A DNA stretch of 64,000 bases from Deltaproteobacteria bacterium (lineage in GTDB: Bacteria > Desulfobacterota > Desulfomonilia > UBA1062). The notes beneath the pieces were generated by a model, which searched no databases, was not told where the DNA came from, and saw only the letters and a list, made by a program, of their open reading frames with translations. Below are positions 57,268-64,000 of the stretch, piece after piece. Each line of letters starts with the position of its first letter. Within the stretch, counting starts at the first letter, position 1. Made by a program: the position numbers and the translations under genes. The stretch spans positions 19,386 through 83,385 of the forward strand of contig JAHDRW010000041.1 in the NCBI GenBank assembly GCA_018433085.1, given 5' to 3'.

Positions 57268-58866
57268 TCAGAATGCGAAGACATTTCCGGCATCCCTGCT
57301 GAAGTCTTCACGCAGTACACGGTCGAGGTTCTTCTCTGATGCTGTCTTGGGGATTTCGTCCACGATCTGGAGATACTGGGGGATGTACGACTTCTCCAGA
57401 ATCTTGGAGAGTTCCTTCGAGATGACCTTCACATCGAGGTCTGCCCCGGGTGCAGGCACGACTGCGGCCACAATGTCGCTCTCACCGGGCGCGCCTGACT
57501 CGGCCGGGATGCCGTATACGCAGACATCGCTCACGTAACCCAGGTCTGCTATGGCCTTCTCCACATACTCGGGCATGATGAAGTCACCCTGGCGCCTCAG
57601 ACCTCCGCCTTTTCGAAAATCAAAGAAGAGCCAGCCGTCAGCGTCCTTGTGACACATATCGCCAGTGCGAAGCATGCCGCCCCTGGTCTTTTCCTCGGAG
57701 GCCTTTTTCTTGCCCAGGTATTCCACCTCCACCTTTCCCTGCTTCTGGACCACGACCATCTCGCCGATCTCGCCGGGCTCACACTCGGATTCGTCCTCTC
57801 GCACAACCTTCATGTCCATGACGCCTTCGATGGGCTTGCCGAAGGAACCGACGGGGCCGGTGCCCGGAGCATTGTGGGCGAATCCGCCTTCCACCGCGCC
57901 GTACCACTCGTGGATCTTGACTTTGAAGCGTTCCTCGAAGTCTTCCCAGATGCTCCTGGGCGTACCGGCGCTGAGGACCTTGCGGACGGGGTTATCAGCA
58001 TCGTCAGGCCTCTTGGGCTCGCTGTAGAGCCCCATCATCATGCCGCCTAAGAGCGAGAAGGTGGTGCAGCCGTGCTTCCGGCAGATGTCCCAGAGCCTGC
58101 TCTTGGTGAATTTGCGGCTGATGACCGAAGGGATGTTCAGCATAAGAGAAGGCACCAGGGTGACGGACTGGGCGTTACCGTGGGTCAGGGAAAGGCCGGT
58201 ATAGAGCTTCTCATCCGGTGTGTACTGCCAAATGAACTGGGCGAGCATGGTGAACATGGGCATGCGGTTCGCCTTGATGACAACGCCCTTGGGGTCTCCC
58301 GTGGTGCCGGAGGTATAAATGACTTCGAAGGGTATGTGAAGCTCCCGGTTCATATTGTCGGGCAGGCCGACTTCGGGACCTTCAAGGATCTCGTTCAGTG
58401 AGGGATGGTTGTTCGTTTCACGCTGGGGAAACCCCTCTTTGTAGGACACGCCGATCACTTTGACGTTCTTGAGTTCGGCAAGCGACTTCTCCACCTCGCC
58501 GTTGAACTCGCTCGTATAGATGATACCTCTGGAATTCGAGTCCTTGATCTGATAGGTCAGCTTGTTCCCCTTTGACCTCGGGTCGATGGGCACCACGACG
58601 GCACCGGTCATGGATGCGGCAAGCAGGGTGTAAACGAATTCAGGATGGTTGCGCATGACAAGGCTGAAGCGGTCACCCTTGCCGATGCCTGCCGCCTGGA
58701 GGGCACCAGCGATCTTGCACCCGTTCAGAAACAGGTCGGCATATGTAACAACCTCGTCCGCCAGGTTCTCCCCGTTTTCGAACGTCATAACGGGGAAGTC
58801 CGGCATCTGCTCACACTTTGCCTGCACTTCATCGGAAAACAGCCCGGCCACGTGTTCTCTGGACAT
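57268..58866 (-). CDS. AMP-dependent acyl-CoA synthetase/ligase
   Basis: IYTSGTTGDPKGV (AMP-binding motif), YGAVEGG, LRTGDMCHKDADGWLFF and PKTASEKNLD. AAGGAGG lies upstream of the ATG. Confidence 0.9.
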   Translation of the reverse strand: MSREHVAGLFSDEVQAKCEQMPDFPVMTFENGENLADEVVTYADLFLNGCKIAGALQAAGIGKGDRFSLVMRNHPEFVYTLLAASMTGAVVVPIDPRSKGNKLTYQIKDSNSRGIIYTSEFNGEVEKSLAELKNVKVIGVSYKEGFPQRETNNHPSLNEILEGPEVGLPDNMNRELHIPFEVIYTSGTTGDPKGVVIKANRMPMFTMLAQFIWQYTPDEKLYTGLSLTHGNAQSVTLVPSLMLNIPSVISRKFTKSRLWDICRKHGCTTFSLLGGMMMGLYSEPKRPDDADNPVRKVLSAGTPRSIWEDFEERFKVKIHEWYGAVEGGFAHNAPGTGPVGSFGKPIEGVMDMKVVREDESECEPGEIGEMVVVQKQGKVEVEYLGKKKASEEKTRGGMLRTGDMCHKDADGWLFFDFRKGGGLRRQGDFIMPEYVEKAIADLGYVSDVCVYGIPAESGAPGESDIVAAVVPAPGADLDVKVISKELSKILEKSYIPQYLQIVDEIPKTASEKNLDRVLREDFSRDAGNVFAF

Positions 58867-59342
58867 AAATCCTCCTTATATTGTTGCCTTATTGACATAT
58901 GTTTGTTTTATAATGTTGTATGGCTATAGATAGATGAGGGAAGAAATTCAAACAATCTGACCAGGAGACATTTCAGTTGTGAGACGCGGCCATAAAGAGA
59001 TGGCCGGAGAAGAGTTTATCGTTTAGGAATAGAGGGACATATGGAGGCAACAAGGCCGACAGCAGTTTCCGGGGCGTGTTCATTCCACCGGAATGACATG
59101 CGAAATCCGGTGCCGCTGCCCTGTTGGCCGCTAATCACAATGTAAATGGCCTCGGATCATATTCCCTGTTATATATATAGACTGTATATTATAATTACAT
59201 AAGTCATTATTCACATGAAGCATATGCAATGAACACGATATCGGCATTGACCTGACAGGATCGAGGGGGGTGGACCCATGACGGGTGATTCGATTTTCCT
59301 TTCAGATCGTGCAGGCACACCGGACGGAAGGAGACGATACAT

Positions 59343-60416
59343 ATGAGTCACTCTCCCGATCTCGGCAGAATTCATCTCAAGTCAACGGACCGCCTGAACC
59401 TGAAGCGTTCCATCTACAGCGTCAACATCCTTGCAGAGTATGCGAAAAGATTCAATATAACCTCCGAGGTCCTCTTGTATGGAAGCACCTTGAGCCCAAG
59501 CGATCTGGACGACCCGGAAAGGTACATCTCCCCCGAGGAGGAGCTGAAGATCTTCAGGAGGGCCCTTTCCCTGATGCCAGACCCAAAGATCGGGCTTGAG
59601 ATAGGCAGGCTGCACAATGTAAGCGCCATGACCAGAGTTGCCATTCCGGCGATGTTTTGTGACACCGTGCTCGATGCGGTCCACATGATGTTCAAATACA
59701 TCGATCTCACCCAGACATACTTCAAATACGAGCTCACCGTAAAAGAGGACCTCGCCGTCATGAGCTGTGAAGAGCTCATTGTGTTTGGCGATCTGAGGCG
59801 ATTCCTGTGCGAGCGTGATCTGGTTTCAGCCTACACTTTGTTCTGCAATGTGCTGGGGACTCCCTTCATTTTGAAAGAGCTGAGACTGAAGTACCCGCGG
59901 CCTGAATACGCCAAGGCATATCAGGTCATTTTCAACTGCCCGATCACGTTCAATGCGGACAGGTATCAGGTGATTTTTGATAGAAGCTATCTGTCTCAGC
60001 ATATGCCGCTGGCCAATGCCCTGACGAGGGAAACCTATGAAAAAGAGTGCAAGAGGGCCTATGCGCGCCTTCATGAGCAGACGTCCACGCTGGGCAGAAT
60101 AAAGCAGGAACTTTTTTTCCCGCATGACGAGCTCCCCAGTTTCGACAAGCTGGCCCGCAGATTGAACATGTCGACCCGGACCCTTAGGCGCCACCTTGCC
60201 GCCGAAGGCGTATCGTTCAAATCCCTCTTAAATGACATCAGGAAAAAGAGGGCCTTCGAACTCATCTGTTCGACGAATATGCCCATAGAAACCATTGCGA
60301 CGGAACTCGGTTACAAAGATGTTGCGAATTTCTACCATGCCTTCAAAAACTGGACGGGTACCACCCCTATCAGCTACCGGAAGACAAAGACCAAAGATTG
60401 TAACAGCCTTAAATGA
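59343..60416 (+). CDS. AraC-family transcriptional regulator
   Basis: C-terminal double HTH: LARRLNMSTRTLRRHLAAEGVSFKSLLNDIRKKRAFELI...IETIATELGYKDVANFYHAFKNWTGTTP. It is divergent from the acyl-CoA cluster across a 476-bp AT-rich spacer. Confidence 0.9.
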   Translation: MSHSPDLGRIHLKSTDRLNLKRSIYSVNILAEYAKRFNITSEVLLYGSTLSPSDLDDPERYISPEEELKIFRRALSLMPDPKIGLEIGRLHNVSAMTRVAIPAMFCDTVLDAVHMMFKYIDLTQTYFKYELTVKEDLAVMSCEELIVFGDLRRFLCERDLVSAYTLFCNVLGTPFILKELRLKYPRPEYAKAYQVIFNCPITFNADRYQVIFDRSYLSQHMPLANALTRETYEKECKRAYARLHEQTSTLGRIKQELFFPHDELPSFDKLARRLNMSTRTLRRHLAAEGVSFKSLLNDIRKKRAFELICSTNMPIETIATELGYKDVANFYHAFKNWTGTTPISYRKTKTKDCNSLK

Positions 60417-60525
60417 TCTGACAGCCAGCACCCTTTCTGTGAGGTTCGCAGCCTGATCAGGTTTTAAACAGTCAGATGATTCCTTCACCTGCCTTCATTT
60501 TAGGCCAATTCTTCTGCCAGCGAGG

Positions 60526-60873
60526 TTATCCCCCGGATCTCTTCGGCTCATAACCTCGCTTCGCAAGCTCATCCACGAGCACGTCACGATGGTCTCCCTG
60601 AATTTCGATCACTCCGTCTTTCACGGTGCCGCCGGTGCCGCACCTCTGTTTCAATTCCCGGGCGAGCTGCCGAAGCCCGTCATCGTGCAGGGGTAGACCG
60701 GTGACCACGGTCACGCCTCTGCCTTTGCGTCCCTTGGTCTCACGGCCTACGCGGACCATACCGCCGCCCCGGTCAACGTCCTTCTTTGCGCGGCACTCGC
60801 ACCGGTCAACAGGAAGACCGCATCCGGGACACACCCTTCCCTGTTCCGTGGTATAGACTGTTTTCGCTCTCAT
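60526..60873 (-). CDS. yciH: SUI1/eIF1-family translation initiation factor-like protein
   Basis: VYTTEQGRVCPGCGLPVDRCEC...VRVGRETKGRKGRGVTVVTGLP...LKQRCGTGGTVKDGVIEIQGDHRD. Confidence 0.9.
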   Translation of the reverse strand: MRAKTVYTTEQGRVCPGCGLPVDRCECRAKKDVDRGGGMVRVGRETKGRKGRGVTVVTGLPLHDDGLRQLARELKQRCGTGGTVKDGVIEIQGDHRDVLVDELAKRGYEPKRSGG

Positions 60874-60899
60874 GCGATCTCTCCCTTATCATGCCCGGG

Positions 60900-61661
60900 C
60901 TACCTGAGGGTGTACCGCCCCGGGTTCTTCTCCACCACCATGCCGCTCTGCTGCAGGGGCACCAGTGCCTTTCTCACGCGGTAAACAGAGAGGTTGCACG
61001 ATTGGGCGATCTTTTTCAGCGTAATACCGGGGCGACTTTGCACGGTCTTGAGGATCTTCTCGTGGATTTTAAGGAGCGACACGCGGCTCCGCACGGCGTC
61101 TTCGCGCTCGAGCCTTGCCTCGTCTCCCGGGGCAACAGGCATGACCGCCGAGCCCACCCTGATGTAGGCTGCCGCTCCTCCCTTTGCCAGGGCCGCGCGG
61201 TAGGGCTTGTCGATTCCCCGGCTCACCGCGCACATAACGACTGTTCGTCCCTCGTCCAGGCGGAGCTCGGTGACCTGGATCTCGGGCATGGGCGTGTTCA
61301 TCCGGTGCGCCCGGCTGATCGCATCCCTGGTCTCGTCGATCTCCTCTACCCCTTCCACGATCGCATCGTCGTCCACGCCCATGAGAATATGGCCGCCGCT
61401 CGTGTTGGCGAATGCACAGATGAGCTTTGCCAGGCGGGGGGCCGATGGGGCGCGAAGCTTGAACTCGATTCGGGTTCCTTCTCCCTGATCCAGCAGGGCG
61501 TAAAACGTGTCGAGGGCTTCCCGGCAGACGGGCCGCAGGCTTTCATTCCCGCACTGCACGGGATCTCCGTCCTTGCCGGTCTCCTTTCGGGAAAACCGTG
61601 AACAGCGCTCATCCTGCCGGTTTTCGCATGTTGGGAGCGTTCTATTTGTGATAGGGCTCAT
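60900..61661 (-). CDS. AlbA_2 (Schlafen-type) DNA-binding domain protein with C-terminal winged HTH
   Basis: GEGTRIEFKLRAP...LAKLICAFANTSGGHILMGVDDD is AlbA_2-like. The C-terminus is ITLKKIAQSCNLSVYRVRKALVPLQQSGMV. The ORF start overlaps the rlmH end by 20 nt, so the true start is uncertain. Confidence 0.65.
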   Translation of the reverse strand: MSPITNRTLPTCENRQDERCSRFSRKETGKDGDPVQCGNESLRPVCREALDTFYALLDQGEGTRIEFKLRAPSAPRLAKLICAFANTSGGHILMGVDDDAIVEGVEEIDETRDAISRAHRMNTPMPEIQVTELRLDEGRTVVMCAVSRGIDKPYRAALAKGGAAAYIRVGSAVMPVAPGDEARLEREDAVRSRVSLLKIHEKILKTVQSRPGITLKKIAQSCNLSVYRVRKALVPLQQSGMVVEKNPGRYTLR

Positions 61662-62052
61662 TGTTCAGTATGGTAAATGCGCGGTAAACCTGCTCGAAGA
61701 GCATGACCCGGACGATCTGGTGGTTGAAGGTCATGGGCGAGAGCGAAATCCTGTTCGTGATGCCTTTTTCCATGTCCGGATCGAACCCGGTGGGACCGCC
61801 CACATAGAAGAACAGATGCTTTGCCGAGCTGTTCAGGATGTCTCCCAGGAACGCGGCCAGCCCTTCCGACGTCAGGGTCCGGCCGTCCGGGCTCAGAAGC
61901 ACGTGCACGCCCTCCCGCGACTGGGTTTTCAGCGCCTTCGCCTCTATGATCTCCACAGGCACATACCGGGAGATCCTTCTGCGGTAGTCGTCCACCAACT
62001 CTCCCACCGGGCCGCGTTCGGTCTTGCCGGCCAGGCAGAAAACCAGCTTCAC
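61642..62052 (-). CDS. rlmH: 23S rRNA (pseudouridine1915-N3)-methyltransferase
   Basis: From GTG 62052: VKLVFCLAGKTERGPVGELVDDYRRRI...LLSPDGRTLTSEGLAAFL...FYVGGPTGF...ISLSPMTFNHQIVRVMLFEQVYRAF (SPOUT family). It has a GTGA overlap with the rsfS stop. The longer ORF-track version is a GC-rich extension. Confidence 0.9.
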   Translation of the reverse strand: MKLVFCLAGKTERGPVGELVDDYRRRISRYVPVEIIEAKALKTQSREGVHVLLSPDGRTLTSEGLAAFLGDILNSSAKHLFFYVGGPTGFDPDMEKGITNRISLSPMTFNHQIVRVMLFEQVYRAFTILNNEPYHK

Positions 62053-62369
62053 CCCTTGACCCTCTTGGCGTCGAACCACATGCCTTCGATGTCGTAGTAC
62101 TGGCGCAGGTCCTCCTGCAGGATGTGGATGACCACGTCCACGTAGTCCAGGAGAACCCATCGTCCCTTGTCCAGCCCTTCGGCGCCGAACGGTTTGCCCA
62201 GGGTCTCCATCAGGTGCTGGGCCATGGCCCTGATCTGCCGGTCCGACATGCCCGTGCACACGACGATGTGGTCGGTGAACGAGCTCACGCCGCTTACATC
62301 CAGCACCACCACATCGGTCGCCTTCTTGTCTTCGAGGGCTTCGACGGCTCTGCTCCACAGTGGTTTCAT
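62049..62369 (-). CDS. rsfS: ribosomal silencing factor
   Basis: ALEDKKATDVVVLDVSGVSSFTDHIVVCTGMSDRQIRAMA...WVLLDYVDVVIHIL...YYDIEGMW. Confidence 0.9.
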   Translation of the reverse strand: MKPLWSRAVEALEDKKATDVVVLDVSGVSSFTDHIVVCTGMSDRQIRAMAQHLMETLGKPFGAEGLDKGRWVLLDYVDVVIHILQEDLRQYYDIEGMWFDAKRVKG

Positions 62370-62999
62370 TTATTCGTATATCCTTTCACTCCCGATATAT
62401 TCCTCCACTTCTTCCGGTATCAGGTAGGTGACCGACCTCCCCTGACGGCAGAGGTCACGTATTTTAGATGAAGATATGTCAAGCGGGGTTACATGCACGA
62501 ACACGATTCTGTTTCCCTCCCTGCTCACATATCCGTCCGATGCCGTTCGGAAACGCGCCGCTTCCTCTCCCAGCACATGGCGGAGATCCGGCCTTTCGGC
62601 GCCGGGGCGCGACATGACCGCGAAGTGCGCCAGGTCGAACAGGCGGCTCGCCTCAAACCAGGTCAGGATCTCGTTGAAGGCGTCCTGACCCAGGATGAAC
62701 CAGGGGGTGCCGCCATAGCGCTGACGCACGTGCTCGATGGTTCTTACCGAATACGAGTTTCCCCCCTGCTCCACCTCGAAGGGCGAGAGCTCGAAAAAGG
62801 GGTTTGACTGCACGGCGAGCCGCACGATCTCAAGACGGACGCTGCCCGGCACGTCCGAGGCCAGCTCCTTGTGTGGTGGAATATACGAAGGCACGAACAG
62901 GACCTTTTCGAGATCGAGAGCCTCCCTGACCTCTTCCGCGGCTCTCAAATGCCCGAGGTGGACGGGGTTGAATGTTCCGCCGAAGATCCCGATCCTCAT
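62370..62999 (-). CDS. nadD: nicotinate-nucleotide adenylyltransferase
   Basis: From ATG 62999: [24 protein letters not shown]...ISSSKIR. It has an ATGA overlap with the proA stop. The 398-aa ORF-track version is an upstream extension. Confidence 0.9.
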   Translation of the reverse strand: MRIGIFGGTFNPVHLGHLRAAEEVREALDLEKVLFVPSYIPPHKELASDVPGSVRLEIVRLAVQSNPFFELSPFEVEQGGNSYSVRTIEHVRQRYGGTPWFILGQDAFNEILTWFEASRLFDLAHFAVMSRPGAERPDLRHVLGEEAARFRTASDGYVSREGNRIVFVHVTPLDISSSKIRDLCRQGRSVTYLIPEEVEEYIGSERIYE

Positions 63000-64000
63000 G
63001 TCCTGATCTGGCCGTCTCCGAAGCAGACGAACTTGCCGATAGTGAGGTCTTCGATCCCCATGGGCCCGTACGCGTGGATTCTCGAGGTGCAGATCCCGAC
63101 CTCCGCTCCCAGGCCGAACTCGCCGCCGTCCGAGAACCGGGTGCTGGCGTTTATGAGCACGGTGGACGAGTCCACGTCGCGCAAAAATTCCATGGCGCGG
63201 GTGTGGTTCTCGGTAATGATGGCCTCGGTGTGATCCGAGCCGTATTTCTCGATATGGTCTATCGCCTCCTGCATGCCTTCTGTCACCTTCACTGCCAGGA
63301 CGAGGTCGAGAAACTCCTCGTACCAGTCGCTCTCTTCGGCCGGGGCAACGCCGCCCACGATCCCGCGCGTCTTCTCGCACCCGCGGACCTCCACGCCGTT
63401 TTCTCGGTAGAGCCGGATCATCTCGGGCAGGAAGCTTTTCGCCACCGGCGCATCCACGAGCAGGGTCTCCATGGCGTTGCACACGCCCGGACGCTGCACC
63501 TTGGCGTTGAGGCAGATCTTGTACGCCTTGTCGAGGTCCGCCTCCCTGTCGACAAAGATATGGCACACGCCCTTGTAGTGCTTCAGCACCGGGATCCGCG
63601 AGTTTTCCACCACGGTCCGGATGAGCCCCTCGCCCCCGCGGGGAATGACCAGGTCGATGTACTGCTCGAGCGCAAGCATCTCGTTGATGGCCTCACGATC
63701 GGTCACCGGGATGAAGCCCATCACGTCCGGACTGATGCCCGACTCCTCCAGGGCCGATTTGAGCACCTTCACCACGGCCCGGTTGGAGTTGAAGGCCTCG
63801 GAGCCTCCCCGCAGTATCACGGCGTTGCCCGACTTGAGACAGAGTCCTGCCGCGTCCGAGGTGACATTCGGCCTCGACTCGTAGATGATGGCCACCACGC
63901 CCAGCGGGATCTTCATCTTACCCACGGTCAACCCATTTGGCCTGCGGGTCATGTTTTCGATCTTTCCCACCGGGTCGGGCAGCTCGGCGATCTCCTCCAG
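62996..64000 (-). CDS. proA: gamma-glutamyl phosphate reductase, C-terminal part (gene continues past the right window edge)
   Basis: [36 protein letters not shown]...[10 protein letters not shown]...HTEAIIT...[13 protein letters not shown]. The frame stays open to position 64000. Confidence 0.9.
   Translation of the reverse strand: MEEIAELPDPVGKIENMTRRPNGLTVGKMKIPLGVVAIIYESRPNVTSDAAGLCLKSGNAVILRGGSEAFNSNRAVVKVLKSALEESGISPDVMGFIPVTDREAINEMLALEQYIDLVIPRGGEGLIRTVVENSRIPVLKHYKGVCHIFVDREADLDKAYKICLNAKVQRPGVCNAMETLLVDAPVAKSFLPEMIRLYRENGVEVRGCEKTRGIVGGVAPAEESDWYEEFLDLVLAVKVTEGMQEAIDHIEKYGSDHTEAIITENHTRAMEFLRDVDSSTVLINASTRFSDGGEFGLGAEVGICTSRIHAYGPMGIEDLTIGKFVCFGDGQIRT

Noticed and set aside
59100-59115. 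Sigma-54-like element upstream of the acyl-CoA cluster (minus strand CGGCACCGGATTTCGC, nearly the same 15-mer as the glutamate synthase promoter)
   Set aside because: It has one extra nucleotide, giving GG-N11-GC, and a C instead of the T before GG. The spacing is strict in sigma-54 promoters. It also lies ~240 nt from the ligase start. It is probably non-functional or coincidental.

Overview
A 64-kb chromosomal segment from a GC-rich (roughly 60%) bacterium, almost fully coding, with no rRNA, tRNA, CRISPR, transposase or integrase genes that I could see. The gene content includes sigma-54 machinery, ETF and acyl-CoA dehydrogenases, many Fe-S flavoproteins, DUF362, bactofilin and an MCP. By inference this fits an anaerobic deltaproteobacterium-type (Desulfobacterota-like) genome. 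All product calls rest on motifs I recognise in the translations; no database search was run. Left third (1-18.4 kb) is a nitrogen-assimilation neighbourhood. It holds glnA plus a three-gene split glutamate synthase in one minus-strand operon, pdxR divergent from pdxST, a GAF/sigma-54 activator behind a PEP/pyruvate-binding-domain gene, and a divergent amtB-glnK-glnD operon, followed by hisF. Both nitrogen operons carry recognisable -24/-12 sigma-54 promoters. Middle (18.6-49 kb) holds an MCP, a 1-kb AT-rich non-coding island, tal-pgi and glk, an atypical receiver protein, queH, a Clp1-like P-loop kinase, wrbA, etfBA plus an acyl-CoA dehydrogenase, and htpG. It continues with a DUF1232-DnaJ protein, bactofilin, a PAS-GGDEF protein, a DUF362/YerC/SagB-type operon, xth, a small metal-related group, an RRM protein, yajD and a GNAT-deacetylase fusion. 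Right part (49-64 kb) holds an AraC-linked acyl-CoA cluster (ligase, thiolase, Fe-S flavoprotein fusion, paired acyl-CoA dehydrogenases), then yciH and the proA-nadD-rsfS-rlmH operon. The items most worth a second look are listed here. (1) An unannotated 100-120 nt intergenic repeat family with three copies plus one hairpin-only fragment. (2) The sigma-54 promoter architecture, including a promoter that overlaps the ORF-caller start of the amidotransferase gene, and a shared AT-rich palindrome pair. (3) The degenerate KaiC-like/ATP-grasp protein co-oriented with the GAF activator. (4) Unusual fusions or atypical proteins: GNAT-HDAC, Fd-GltD-Fd-nitroreductase, a receiver with Asn at the phospho-acceptor site, and a bacterial Clp1-like kinase. 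(5) Two decayed pseudogenes. (6) A promoter-proximal 66-nt hairpin.
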